DNA of 64,000 nt from the human T2T-CHM13v2.0 reference genome, Homo sapiens, in NCBI RefSeq assembly GCF_009914755.1, contig NC_060931.1; one strand, 5' to 3'. Of this stretch, positions 27,370 to 42,422 are shown one piece after another. A program made the position numbers and the translations under genes. Under the pieces are notes generated by a model. It saw only the letters and a list, made by a program, of their open reading frames with translations. It was not told the origin of the DNA and made no database searches. How positions within the stretch are numbered: position 1 is the stretch's first letter; each line of letters starts with the position of its first letter.

Positions 27370-28298
27370 CTAGGAAAATTTGGCATAATTCTCAAGTAAT
27401 GTCATAGGTGCAACTCCCCATAATTTGGATTTTTATTTTTTTTTAGGTTTCTTCATTCGGCCTTGTCAGTGCACTTTCACCCTGATACAGTAAATATATT
27501 TTGCAGATATTAAACAATATTAATACTGCAAACTCTCCTAAATAGAATAGTGGAGAGATACAGTAATCATGATTATTACTTTGTTCATAAATAATTTGCC
27601 TCTCTCAGGAATATAGAAACACCCATTTCTTTTCTTCCTTTAACAAAGGAAGAAAGCTTTTCAAGAAAGTTTGAAATACACACACAACACCCATACTATA
27701 TATGTATATAAATATATACATACACCACACACACAATATATATATGCACACATATTTATATGTAAATTTATTTTCGAACATCTTCTTAAATGGCAAGGTA
27801 ACTTTACATTTGTAATTTTATTTGATTCTCTCAATATATGTTGCTACTCCTATTGGTTTTAAATGTTCCCAAACAACCTCTCTAAATATTCAGTAAGTTA
27901 CAGATGGCTTTTTTAAAAATAATTTTAACCAACCGAATTGTTCAAACATAGCTATGTATATTATTTGTACTGTGTACTAAAGGAATAAAAAAGGTTTTGA
28001 TCAAATTCATTAAGAAAAATAAAGTTCAAATTTCTGCATGGGAAGAAGGACAGTCTAATCATAGACGATTTCTTCTTGGTATAGCTTCAAAAATGGGGAA
28101 AATCATGCAAAATACAAGGTCCTTTTAAGATACACCTTTCACTAGATATGAAATGTAGAGGTTGGTATAGTAAATATCAATTGTAGGCAGTCTAAAGAAT
28201 ACTAGAAAATATTTAAAAGTAGAAACTTACTATAAACTTAATAAAGGCCTGACCATAAATTGTGAGATAAGCAAGCATAATGAGAGAGAAAGCCTCAC

Positions 28299-28441
28299 CA
28301 CACAGAGTCGCCCGACCCTGGTGTAAATTGCGTGAGCATTGTTTTCTGCCTCCAGTGCCTTCTCAGTAAAAAAGAAATATACTTTGTTGTCATCTCTGTC
28401 TTCATTGTCAGGAATCATGTATGAACCTACAAATTTTGGTT
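28299..28441 (-). CDS. SEMA3E: SEMA3E exon 7 (143 nt), E-PKFVGSYMIPDNEDRDDNKVYFFFTEKALEAENNAHAIYTRVGRLCV
   Basis: ctatag|AA...GTG|gtgagg; overlaps ORF 28230..28418. Confidence 0.97.
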
Positions 28442-29569
28442 CTATAGGAGCAAAAAATAGGAGAAAAAGTGAAATAGATATTACAACTAAATGCTAACAA
28501 GTTATTCCAATAAATTGTATATCATCTGAATCCTTAAGTTTAACTTTCACCATTTCATAAAGAAATATTTTTCTTGAATTTTTTTACCAAACATTAAAAA
28601 CTATGTTGATATCTCCACTTTATTTGCATATTAACAGCCCTTTTAGAAATATTACAAGAATATTTAATTGGAAAATAAAAGAATCCAGGAGAGAAGAAGA
28701 ATTTCAAACAACATGCAATGCGAACTTAAAATGCATTCAGGAAAGAGCAGATTGGGAGCACAATGAAGACAAATCTCTACAAATTTCCTCCCATTGTAGG
28801 TAAAAACTAAATGTAAGTATAAGTAACATATTAAAGTAAATAAATCTATCATAATTTATTTTTAATTCATAAATGATCTACCAGTATAGCGCATAGATCA
28901 TTTTAGTTTCAAAGTAGAAAATTTATTTTACGTTTTTGGGATTGTAGTCCAAGAGATTTGAATAAATGTTCTTTGATATGGTATGTAAAATATATGAATG
29001 GTATCATCAATGACTATGCATTTTAAAGCTTAATAAAAATGTGGAAAGTAATTAAAATGCTCACCATAAAACAATATTCTAGCACCTCCATATACCAGTG
29101 TGCCAAAATATAAAACTTACTTCTTACAAAGAACTCTGTATCAATGAATGTCTAGTGACTTTCCTAGAGTTTTGTCTCTAAAGTCTAATGCAATCCTATT
29201 AAAACAAGCAAAGCAGGGCAATCAATTCATCAAAGATTATATCAATTGATAAAAGTAGACAAAACAGCTTATTGGATGATGGACTTTTCACTTTTCATAC
29301 ATTTGTTTTGTTTTCCTTATTCAAATACTGATTTCTAAGCATTGCTCGGAAGGTATACTGATTTTATAATTAAGCCAATCAATTTTGATAGAAAATGATG
29401 TACATATATTATATACAATATTTTAATTCAAGAATGTTGCTAGTAAAACATTCTGAAATTTGTAAAGGAATTGTATTTATATTCTTATTATTATCAAAAT
29501 GGCAACATTTTCCGTAAGTTTTAGAGTTGATTTCAATCCTAATTCACATACTCTTTTCCTCATCCTTAC

Positions 29570-29689
29570 CTTTCAACAGACGCTCATCGTCATGCTCAGT
29601 GCGGATATGGGCCAGTCGCCCCATGCTGCGGAAGATCGCAGCGTCTCTGCTCCAGTAGTCACTGTAGAGTCCAGCAAACAATTCACTAC
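29570..29689 (-). CDS. SEMA3E: SEMA3E exon 6 (120 nt), G-SELFAGLYSDYWSRDAAIFRSMGRLAHIRTEHDDERLLK-E
   Basis: gtgtag|GT...AAA G|gtaagg; phase continues from exon 5. Confidence 0.97.
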
Positions 29690-29809
29690 CTACACGGGAG
29701 CATCAGTAAAAAAGAAGTCAGTATTTGTTAATATGTTAACAAATTAAACACATCCAAATTTAATATGTGTATCTATAATATGTACTTTATGACATTAATA
29801 CTATTGCTG

Positions 29810-30010
29810 TTAGGAGCATGGATGGTATAGTAAGACTCCCAGGGTTTGAGTCCAGAGTCTGTCACTTACTAGGTGTGAACTTGGGCAAGTTGCTAAGTTC
29901 CCTGTGCCTCAGTTTCCTCATTTAGAAATTAGAAAAGTAATTGCATTCAGTAAGATAGTTAAGAGCAAAGCACTTGGAAGATCAGCTGGTAAATAGTAAG
30001 ACCTATATGA
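29810..30010 (+). mobile_element. MIR
   Basis: tgtcacttactaggtgtgaacttgggcaagttgctaagttccctgtgcctcagtttcctcat. Confidence 0.85.
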
Positions 30011-33000
30011 GTTTTTGGTAAATACCTTGGCTTCATTTATTTTCCTAGACTTCTTTTAACCTCCCTATCATCAGGGCTTTATCATTATGATTGTTATTGT
30101 GATGATTACAGGTTTTATATGTCAGTCAGCTAATTCAAATCCTTCTTGTAACAAGATACTGCTATCATGAATATGATTTTAGTGTGGGAACAACAAAGTC
30201 TAACAAAGATGATATAATCCAATCAGTTGTCATTCAATTTGTAAATTTGTTGCTCAGTCAGATAGGAAGGATATAAAAAGCGCTCAAAATTTAATCAGAC
30301 AGTCAACAAAATGATTGAAGGAAGTTAGTTGCAACATGTGGTGGCAGTCACAGTCTTAAAATCAGACTGAGAAATTACATAATGTATTCAGGGTCTCAGG
30401 AAATAACCATGTGTCTTTTGAGTAAGAAAAAAGACATTAAAATAACTTAAGGGAGAGTATAACTTGAACTCCAGGAAGATCAATAGCTCTGAAGCATAGG
30501 GACTTAGAATCCTTTCCCAAAACTCACAAGAGGTAATCAGTGTGCCCATCAGTTTTACCAGAAGGATGTCCTGGCCATACCCGGCTCAGTTGTCCTGTCT
30601 GGAGCAAAAATCTCTGGCCAAGAAACAAATGATAACAGCAGATTGCTGGAAACAGCAACCTCAAAGCAAAGTGGTAAAATTGTTTTCTTAATGAGTGGCA
30701 TATAACATTGGTCTAGTTCTAAAACAGATATGATTATTATATTACATAGTACTAATGCTTTTTTGTTAAGTTTGCAATGTGTATGCATACACATATTTAA
30801 AATGCTTTAAAGGTTAAGAGATTTCAAAATTAATTGTATTTCCAACTTAATATATCTAATTATGTAATTAATTTTATAATTAGGATTATTAAAGTTGCAG
30901 GTATAAGAATTTGACCAAATATATAAACAGAATTTAAAAGATATTGAATACTTTATTTATAAATTTTATTTATTAGAACTTTAAAAATTGTTTAATTATT
31001 TATGAAGGACTTTTTTCCCAAGGTAAGGTCTTTAAAGCTTTGGAAAACTTCAGAAGTGTAAGCATTTTTGTATGATTTAACATTTGAGAAAATGATCAAT
31101 TAAATTATATATAAGATAAATTAAAAGGAAGTTTATTTTCAACTTGCATTAACTATTAATATTTTAAAGGTAAAGATGATTGCTTTTGTTATACCAAATT
31201 TAGAATAATATGATATAAATTAAACTCAAAGATTAAAAAAATAAGCTTTAGAAGTACTACTATAATAGTCTTTTTCATTTTAAAAAGATAAATAATTCTA
31301 ATTAGTTTTTCTCTGTTCACAAAATCCTCTATGGATGCCTAAAACACTCTATGAGATACAAATAAATACAATCTATGGTTTCCAAAAAAGAATTCATTTT
31401 AAAATTATATATTCTAAATGAGAGAGGAAAAAGTAAATGTGTCAGAGTGTTAACAATTGGTGAATCAAGGTAAATGGTATACAGGTGTTAATTTTAGTTT
31501 TACTTCAAATTTCTTTGTATTTGAAAATTTTCAAGATCACAGAGTTTTTAAAAAGATATATTTGTTGAGTTCTTCTAGTATATTCAACTTACGCTAAGTG
31601 AGAGGTATGATGTAAGGAAAATAACAAAAACTAAATGACTATTTAAATCTGGACTTAACAATATATAATTTGGTAGAGAAAAGTTATGTTAGAACTCTTA
31701 AGCATATCATGTTATTTGATAATAGAAAGGGAAAAGATTAACATAATTTTTTATCAAAGTCATTTAATTAGTGCTGTCTTTCCCAGAAATTTTATGTCTA
31801 TGTTTGAAGAAGTAGTATTTTGAGACCAAATGCATAAATGCATTCAGTGGTTAGGAATATGACCTGTTACCTGGAATTCAGTCTGCATTATTTGAACATG
31901 GATAAAAGAGAGTCATTAAAAGGACTTTGGAATCATCAACTCTATGGCATAAACAACCAAGTTGACACTTAAAAAAATTGACTATTAACACATGAGTGAG
32001 GATTTCTCTGAAATATTTTTGTTTTTAATTATTATAGTTGAGTTATGTTTACCACACCAAATATAAAGACCAGCTTGTTAAATGGTTGAAAATATAATTT
32101 ATTTCACTACTGTGGGCTGGTCTGAATCTTTAATGTATAATGGGAATGAAGATTAGATTTCTTTAAAATCATGAGTTTTCTATTCTTTACATTTTTAATA
32201 TTTGATTTTATATCTTAAAGTATTTTAGACTTTGATAATTGAAAATATTTTTATGGGAAAATAATATTTATATTAGTACACTTCGATTTTAATGGATTTA
32301 TCCTAATTTGGAACATTGTTTCAAAATTATCGTTTTAACCAATGCTATAAAATTAACAAACAAGTATTCCTTGGAGCCACTAGGTGGCAGCCCTATGATG
32401 CTAGATAATACCATATTCAGAGACAATTCTCTGCACAAGAGAAAAAATAATGTATTCTCAATGTTACCCAGTTTCCCATTTTGCACTCAGGACAGAGAAA
32501 ATTGTGAGCAATTCCCATAACACAATATGAACTGTATGACTTGAATTTCAAAGACACTATATAGGTGCTAAAAACTGTAAGCAACGTAAATAGAAACAAA
32601 TGTGTTTCTGTTGGAAATGTTAGGTTTTCCTCAGAAGGGAGAGATATTCCTTTCATATCTTCATATCAATGCAAATTTAAAAAAATTCATAGTAATTGAT
32701 AATAATTATGTTTAGCAAAATACTTTCCTAAGAAAATTAGAAAAGAAAGACAACACATTAGTGAAAAATAAATAATAATATTAATAAAACCTTAGGTAAA
32801 ATAATACCTAATAGTAATTAAGTAAGCAAAAATACTGGGCATTATTAAAATTTTTAATACAATTTGTAGGAAATACATAGTCTCTAATTAAATTTATTAT
32901 AACTATTTGGTATCAGAAAAGTTGTGAATCAATACATTGATCTTTTACAGAATGCAAAAATAACATCTAGATAAATCATATTTTCATGGATTAAAATAGG

Positions 33001-33665
33001 AAAACATTTTATAAAAAGATTAAAATACCTTTTAGGGCTTCAGTTATAACAGAAGAACTATCTAAGGATTTAGTTTTCTACGTCTATGGAGATGGGCGAG
33101 TTTAACAACTTCTCACACTCAACAATAGTCTTTATATAGAGAAGAAAGAATAGTAGAAATAGTTCTGCAGTGGAAATCTGGCAAGCCAAGTCTCTAGCTC
33201 AAAATCTGCTGTTTGACCACCACAAACTGTTCAAAATCTCAAGGTCTCAGTTATCTGTAGAATCAAAGAGACTGCCATGTAATTCTCGGAAACTGCCAAG
33301 CTTTTATGTTCTCTCTGCTCTTTGGCCTAGAATTCCACACCTCTCTTCTCACCTCACCTTCCTTTTGCCTGGTTATTGTCCGCTTTTTCCATGACACCTT
33401 GTCTGGCCAAACTTTTTTAGTGTAGTGGTTCCTAGTGCCACTGTAGCTCTGGTACCTATTTCTATCCTACTGCTCATCCAACTATATTTTTATTGACTCC
33501 TTGTGTGTTTGAAATGATGCCTCATTAATGTCTGAAATACAAAAAATGCTCAATAAATATCTGTTGAATCAAAGAATGGCTTAATGAGTTCATAATTAAA
33601 TATATCAGAAGTTCCTTTCAGGGTTTAAAAAAGGTTATGAAAGGCTGTGAAGTGTCAACAATCAG

Positions 33666-33979
<314 letters not shown>

Positions 33980-35780
33980 CACACAGGATAAGATCTTAAC
34001 TTTTAAAAACTGTTTCAGAGAGAAAATATCAAACGAAAGAAAAGGCTATTGGGAATTTACGTGGATAACAAATTTGAATTTTTGTTCCTTGAGGGCCTTA
34101 CGTTATTAATTTTAATAGATTAAAACAGGAACTCTATTTTTTTCAAAAATTGATCCCCAAGAATTTCAGCCCAAAGGACATTATATTGTGATTAAAAGAG
34201 TGTGTCAACACTAAATTGCTTATGTGAAAGAAAATAAGACAATCATTTGACTCTTTGAAATAGATAAAAACACATTCTTTATATTAATTCTAAAATGTGT
34301 AACTAAAATACTTTTCTATATAACTCCTTTTTTTTACAATGTGAACTCTAGTTGAAGTTTTAATTAAATCCATTGCATTGCCTTAATATTTTATGGAACG
34401 TATCAAGAGTTTTGTTCATGGACTATATATTATCTGAGTTTTTATTTACCATGTTGGATTTTAATTGTATAACAAGAAAAATTCACAGTAGTGTTTCATG
34501 ACCTTCTTATCTTAAGTTTTACTCAAGCATTGCTTCTGTTTATGTTATAAATGTATGTTATGCAAATCTAAATAATGTGAAACATATTTGCCTCATGGAA
34601 CAGCATATGGCTAAAGACTGATTTAGCTGCCTCACTTTATAACTGAATTTTATAATTTTGTTAGAACATTATTCTATTGTGGATGGACTGTTTTGCAGAA
34701 TCACTATGACATGCATAGCTACAAAGAGAAACAAAATGCACTTGGGAGGATGAGGATGGATGAAAATGACTCACATATTTCAACATCCCGGTTCACACTC
34801 ACATTCTGCTTAGGATGCTGAAAGAAACCAGGAAGAATGTGAGATTCTGAATGTGTGATTTTATTAGGCATTTAGCTGTTGTTTGGGCTTTCGGTTTGTT
34901 TTGGTTTGGGAAGATGATTAGCACTAGCTCTCAATGTTAAGAAGGTGGTTTTGAGGCATGAAGGAACAATAAAAATATCTTTTGAATCTGTTTATTTGTG
35001 TGTGCCAGCACCCATGGCTGTACTCTTGAGTTTTCTTGGTGGCAAACCAATGATATTGATACCATGAGGGTTAAAACAGATTCTCAAAGGAGAGAATATA
35101 AGTGGGGAATTGAAGAGTGGGGCTTTTTTCTTCGTCCTTTACCTCTTTTCGTTGTGACGGAACCATAAGTAAAGTATTCAAATAGCTCCTCAGAGACTAG
35201 CAGTCATGGCCAGAAGCTACAATAAGCATGTGGATAATGGGCATTCTGCCAAGTGAGAGAGAGAGCGAGCAGCAGCATTGGATAAGAAATTATAGATATT
35301 CTTTAGGGACAGGAAAGTGGTAAGGGAATAACCTGAAGTCTATGTTTCTATATAGTTGAGGTGAATTCAAAACACGAGGCAACACATTTGCTTATTATGT
35401 TTGTAGAACTTACCATTATAAAGACAAATATTCTAACTTCATTTATAATTTTTTCATTTATTTTTCTAATAAATGACCTTACTTTGTGCCAGTTTATTCC
35501 CTGAATGCAAATATAGTTAATTAAAAATAAACAATTATTTATTTAAAATGTTTTAATATTATTAACAACTTGAAACAATAACTTAAATTTTCTCTGCATG
35601 CATTCTAACTCCCATTCATTCAATTGACATTGACTTTTAATTTACAAAATTCATAATAAGGATATATATTCACAAAGGTATTATTATTATGGATAAAAGC
35701 TCAGTCAGGAAGAGGATTTCAGTGGCTGTAAACTTTGTAGTTTTATTTGCTGAAAAAAGTAATAGAAAAAAAGTGTAGGA

Positions 35781-35882
35781 AAAATTCATGGACTATAAAA
35801 TGTCTTATTAGTGATTATTTGTTAAAATAAAATTCATGGACTATAAAATATCTTATTAGTGATTATTTGTTAAAATAAAATT
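35781..35882. repeat. 48-bp tandem duplication (1 mismatch)
   Basis: aaaattcatggactataaaat(g/a)tcttattagtgattatttgttaaaat x2. Confidence 0.95.
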
Positions 35883-38179
35883 TAGTGTGCATTTACTTTG
35901 AAAAGCATCCCTAAAAATACTCCAACAACAAAGTTAATCCTTTCAAAGCAAAGTTTCAAAAGGTACATGACAAATCAGGGTGTTTTTTTCCCCAAACTCT
36001 AGCTACATGTGTCTTATCATACCTTAGGCATTTCAGTAATGGTAGGATTAAATTATACCTGGAATTGGTAATACAACTATGGGTCAGAATAAAATTTAAA
36101 AATAAAAATGGCTATAGAATTAAAAGGAGAAACTATGGGGGACTGTAACGTTACTGAAGATATTATCAACTTAATTAGAATATTGCAATAGTATGTCAAA
36201 TATAACTGATAAAAAGAGTCAGCAAAAATATTTGCTTCTTGGCCAAAATGACACATGACATAAAGAACACTGTTTCCTGGATTTTTATTTGGCCACTTAC
36301 CAAACTTAATAATTTAGTAGCAAGATAATTACTAAGTATATTTGGATGATTTGAAAGGCATGTATACGCAATGCAGCAATTCATTATACTGAAAAATTTA
36401 TTGTTTCAACAAGCTGCTTTTAAAATCAAGTTGTAATGCCTTGTCTTCCTCAGACAGTTACTTAAAACCACTTCAAATACAGTAGGAGTAATCACACTGG
36501 AGGAAAACTTGGCCAAACATGCAGAAATATGGCACCTGAGATATGAGCTGATATGCTACCAATATAAATTGTGTTACTACAAAGACGCATTGGAAGAGCA
36601 AGCCTATTTAATATATGATTTCATTTTGATTAGTTTCTGAATATATATGACATAGTTCAGTTAGAAGCTTGTTTTTACTCCTTAAATCCTTTGTCGCATA
36701 GAATTATTACAAGCTATCAAGTTTTCATTTCTAAGTTAGATTATAAATGAAATAAAAATGTGCTTTATAACTTGTCTTTCATCTATCAAATAAGCTTTAA
36801 TATTTATTCAATTTTTTATTAACCTCTTCTTCGTATGAACTTAAGTCAACTGAATTTAAGTTAACTGAATTAAAATTGTATCTAAAATTAGGAAATTACA
36901 TAGAAAATTCTCTAATTTGCAAGCACCATTTTTTTTTAGGTCAAGCAGCTTTATGAGTATGCTACCAGTTTCAGTGTTTTATCATTAAATTTGTCTTCAT
37001 GTGAACAGACATTAAACATTGTGTGACATATAATTAACCATGAAACTAAGAAGTAGCAATAATCTAACGATAGTCATCTTTTTGCTGGAGGCTTGTCTTA
37101 ACCCATCAGCAGAGAACATGTGTGGTCACAAAATACCCATTAATACATTCTTTCACAGTCAGAGTAAGCTCTACCGAGCTTGCCAAATTCCAACTCAGGT
37201 AGCTTCATTTTTCCAGCCCACATTCCTGCTGCTTTTTCAATTGGGTGAATTATTTTCACTTCCTCTCTTTTAAAGAGTTTCTGGCTCACATAGGTTATCA
37301 GGTTTCCATCCAGTGGCTGCTGCATTTCCACAGTGAGTGAATGATCTCTCCAAGGTACTTTGGGATGAAAGTGAGTGGATAAATGTGAAGAATTATATTT
37401 TTATTTCTTCTCTTTGGAGGGATTATTCTATAACTTTTGTGTTTAGCTTGGAGGGCTCCTTTGATTTGATTTCTCTTCGAAATAAGCGAAACAGCCACCC
37501 AGATGGCAAGCACTTCAGATTTCAGCATAGTGTAATTTGATTTGGAGGTTCAATGAAACTCACTTAGAAATGTCCCTCCAGTAATATTTCCCCTCTTAGA
37601 AATTTAACTTTTAAATTCTTGGCTTCATGCAGAAACAAACTCCTAGGGAGGCTGAGTAGTGAGTGGCAAGGTGGTCATAGAAATGATTATTAACTCTTTA
37701 AATGAAATGTTAAAAAATAATTTGCCTTCTAATATTCTCAGGATTTCACTATAGAAGCAGCATATACTGTGTAATTTTTAATTTCCAATTCCCTTTTTAT
37801 GATTCTTATGAATAATATTCCAAAATTAATTTTGCATTTGTTTAGGAACCTCAGTAAGAATTACATTTAGTATTTATAGGAGACTTAGTCTTTGCAAGAT
37901 ACTATATGGCACAAGAAAGATAAGAAAGTCTCTTTTTTTCAAACATATTAAAATCTTTATGAAGAAAAATTCACTAACAACTTCAGAAAAAGATGGTGTG
38001 AGACTATGAGATATATAAATTTTAATGTATATTCTGTCAGTTGCATTGGAATTTCTTGCATTTATGGACCTGGCATCCCCCAAAAGTGTTATTCCTAAGG
38101 TTTTGATTTTACTAAGTCTAACCTGACTTAGGCAACCCTTTTCTCATATTTAAAGTCTTCCTTTTTTTAATACTCTGTT

Positions 38180-38182
<3 letters not shown>

Positions 38183-38217
<35 letters not shown>

Positions 38218-38230
38218 GAGAGAGAGAGAG
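38183..38230. repeat. (CA)16 followed by (GA)n microsatellite
   Basis: direct reading. Confidence 0.95.
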
Positions 38231-39583
38231 AATTGGTAGAGAAACTCAAAATATTTCAAATTAATATTTTCTCTTTAATATTTATTTTTCTCAAATATTG
38301 TACCTCTTTATTCAAGCCCCTGAAGAACTTAATTACTATATAATTCTCATTTTATAGCCTTGTCCAATTATGAAGCTGAAGTAAATCAAACTTTTCCCAT
38401 TAATTAGAGTTAACATGAGGTGTTTGCTCTATAAATACATAGGTTTTAAAAAGCTTTACTTTTTTACACCTGAGAACCAGATGTAGGGAATAGAATGCAA
38501 GACCCATCAAAATAAACTGACTTGAATATGTTTAGGGAACACAGATTCTCAAGAATATGCAGTAGCATCTGTATCAACTCTAAATCAAGTATAATATGGT
38601 TTAATCATCAGGAGAGAGTTTTAAGTTTTAATCGTTTATTTAGAATGTGAAGTCTCTACATTTTATTCTGTACTCATTTTCTGCAAAGAAGATGACCTAA
38701 TATTAGCATATAACTCTAAACATTATAAATGTAATAATGCAACCTTGCACATCTGCACCATACATGCATCAGAATCTCTCAACGCTGAGGGAAGAAAATC
38801 ACTTCCATTAGTACCTATGTCAGTGTTGGGGATTGCTCTTTTTAATTGAAGGCTTAGGAGCTCATTCATCAGTCTTTACTGTCACAGTGCTGAAATAGTT
38901 TGCCAAGTTTGCAATTTTTAACCCCAAATTGCAGGAAAATATTACTTAGTTGTGTCTTAAGTGAGATTGTTTGGTACTTTGTCTAATTAAATTAAATCGA
39001 ATTGAACTCCAGATCCAACTTTATCAACTCATGTCATTATTTCCGTATGTACATTTAGTGATAGGTTGAGCGGATCAACTTCTATAGTTTACATTCTAGA
39101 TTAACAGAAATTTAGATAAATAAATTTAAGTTCTCAAAAGAGATGAGTTTCTGCTGAATTCTACTAATAACAGAGAAAGATACCATAAAGAATATTAAAA
39201 GTTCTCTAAAGTCACAAAATAATTGAAACATGAAGAATTAACACATATATTAAAATAGTTTCATTTCTCTGGCAAAATTTTTATAAAGTCTTCATATAAT
39301 TGCATTTTATAAGCATCACATGACACCAAATACATGAGATATTAAACGACAATTTGTTTTCTCAGAGTGAGACACACACACTTTATAGCATCTGCACTTA
39401 TTTTAGAGTCAAATTGCTCAGGTTAACATGGCTTGAAATTTAATATCATTGCTTCGAGCATCAGAAAATAGATATGACAAGGCATAGTATGTAAAGAAAT
39501 GCTGAAAGAATGTAACTGAAGTTGAAATATATGTTTTAAAATCCTTATGACTACCACCTGATGTCTGTGGCAATGACAATTAC

Positions 39584-39677
39584 CAATTAAAGTGGAGATG
39601 AAGGAGGAGCTGGGGTCAAAAGGACATCTGCCCCTTCCTCTCTCAGATCTGGGTGATTCCAGGTGAAACAGAGGATC
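39584..39677 (-). CDS. SEMA3E: SEMA3E exon 5 (94 nt), DPLFHLESPRSERGRGRCPFDPSSSFISTLI-G
   Basis: tttcaag|GAT...ATT G|gtaatt; contains Sema-domain GRCPFDP motif; matches recalled SEMA3E protein. Confidence 0.97.
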
Positions 39678-40084
39678 CTTGAAAGAAAACCAGAAAAATC
39701 ATTATGAATATGCCTCCTCTAATAATCATTTAATTCCTTAGGTAAAACATATGAAACTTCGATTATTTATAAAGCATGTATTCTAAATAGAGCACCAGTA
39801 GCATCAATTTATTTAGAGACAAACTGGGTTTTATAAATAAGCACATGTGTTTTACAGACCCATAAGAGTTCTCTCACTCCTCTGAAAAAGTATGCAGGTG
39901 ATGAAAGAAAATAGCACTTTTTAAATCATTTTATGAGACTGTATTATTTATTCTGAGATGTGTCAATGAAATATTTGAAAGGAATTGAAACTTGCTGGAA
40001 AAAGGTTAATGAAAAGGAGGTTCAATGTTAAAAATGATAGTGGGCTTTTATCAAGCATATCAAGAATGCTGTTGTTGATTTTTT

Positions 40085-40969
40085 TATAAATTAGATTTTT
40101 ATTTTTGATATAAGGGGTACATATGCAGGTTTGTTATATGGCCTTATTGTGTGATGCTGAAGTTTGGGGTATAAATTATCCCATTAGCCAGGTAGTGAGC
40201 ATAGTGTCCAACAGGCATTTTGTCAGCCCCTGCCCCCCTACGTCTCATCCCCCTCCAGTGGTCTCCAGTCTCTATTATTGCCATCTTTATGTCTGCATGT
40301 ACCTAATATTTAGCTCTCACTTATAAGTGAGAACATGCAGCATTTTGTTTGCTATTCCTGCCTTAATTCACTTAGGATAATGACCTCTACCTACATCAAT
40401 TTTGCTGAAATGGACATGATTTCATTCTTTTTTATGGCTGTGTAGTATTCCACTGTGTATAAATACCACATTTTCTTTATCCAGTCTAGCATTAATGAGC
40501 ACTTAGGTTGAATTTATGTCTTTGCTATTGTGAATAATTCTGCAATGAACATATGAGTGAGTTAGTAGAGGAGCTCAAAGTATTTCAAACACACATTGTC
40601 TTTTTGGTAGAATGATTCATTTTCCTTTGGAAATTTACCCAGTAATTGGGATTGCAGGGTCAAATGGTAATTCTGTTTTAAGTTATTTGAGAAATCTCTA
40701 AACTTCTTTCCACAATGGCTGAACTAATGTATACTCCTTCTAAGAGTGTATAAGCTTTCCCTTTTCTCCACAGCCTCTCTGACATCTGTTATTTTTGACT
40801 TATTATAATAGCCTTCCTGACTGCTGTGAGATGATACCTCATTGTGGTTTTGATTTTCATTTCTATGATGATTAGTGATATGGAGCATTTTTTAATGTTT
40901 TTTGGCTTCCTGTATGTCTTCTTTTTAGAAGTACCTGTTTATATCCTTCGTCCACTCTTTAATGGGGTT
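40085..40969 (-). mobile_element. L1 (old L1PA/PB) 3' ~0.9 kb
   Basis: reverse-complement L1 3' end motifs (ggggtacatatgcaggtttg, ttataagtgagaacatg, ctcattgtggttttg). Confidence 0.92.
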
Positions 40970-42047
40970 ATCATGATTAAAACTCTCAACAAACTAGGCA
41001 TTGAAGGAACATTTGTCAAAATAATAAGTCGTATATGACAAACTCACAAACATCATACTAAATGGACACAAGCTGGAAGCATTCCCCTTAAGAACAAGAA
41101 AAAGACAAGGATGCTTACTCTCACCACTCCTATTCCACATAGCACTGGAAGTCTTAGCAACAGCAATCAGGCATCAAAATAGAAAAAGAAGTCAAACGAT
41201 CTCTCTTCACTGATTGATTCTATACCTAGAAAATTCTAAAGACTGCTGAAAGTCTCCTAGAACAGATAGATGATTTCAATAAAGTTTCAAGATACAAAAT
41301 CAATGTCTAAAAATCAGCAAAATTTCTATACACATATAGCATTCAAGCTGAGAGCCAAATTAAGAACACAATCTAATTTAAAATACCCACACACAATAAA
41401 ACCAGAATATCTACAAATACATCTAAGCAAGGAGGTGAAAAATCTCTACAAGGTGAAAGGCCTCTATAAGGAGATACTGCTGCAGAAAATCATATAGATG
41501 ATACAAACAAATGGAAACACATTCCATTCAGATGGACTGGAAGTATCAATATGGTTAAAATGGCCATACTGCCCAAAGCAATCTACAGATTCATTGCTAT
41601 CCCTATCAAACTATCAACATCATTTTTCACAGAATTAGAAGAAAACTATTCTAAAATTCATAAGAAACCAAAAAAGAGCCTGAATAGCCAAAGTAATGCT
41701 AAGCAAACAACAACAACAACAAAAACAAAGAAAAACTGGAGGCATCACATTATGTAACTTCAAACTATAGTACAAGACTACAGTAAGTATAACAGCTTGG
41801 TATTGGTACAAGAGCAGACACATAGACCAATGGAATGAAATAGAAAATCCAGAAATAAAGCTGCATATCTACAGCCATCTGATCTTTGACAAAGTTGACA
41901 AAAATAAGCAATGAGGAAAGGACTCCCTATTCAATAATTGGCACTGGGATTGCTGGCTAGCCATACGCAGAAGAATGAAATGGGGCTCCTACTTTTGCCA
42001 TATACAAAAATTAACTCAATATGGATTAAAGATTTAAATATAAGACC
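40970..42047 (+). mobile_element. L1 ORF2 segment, inverted relative to the adjacent 3' end
   Basis: degenerate ORF2 peptides [30 protein letters not shown]. Confidence 0.92.
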
Positions 42048-42065
42048 ATTAAAACATAGCCTAGT

Positions 42066-42422
<357 letters not shown>

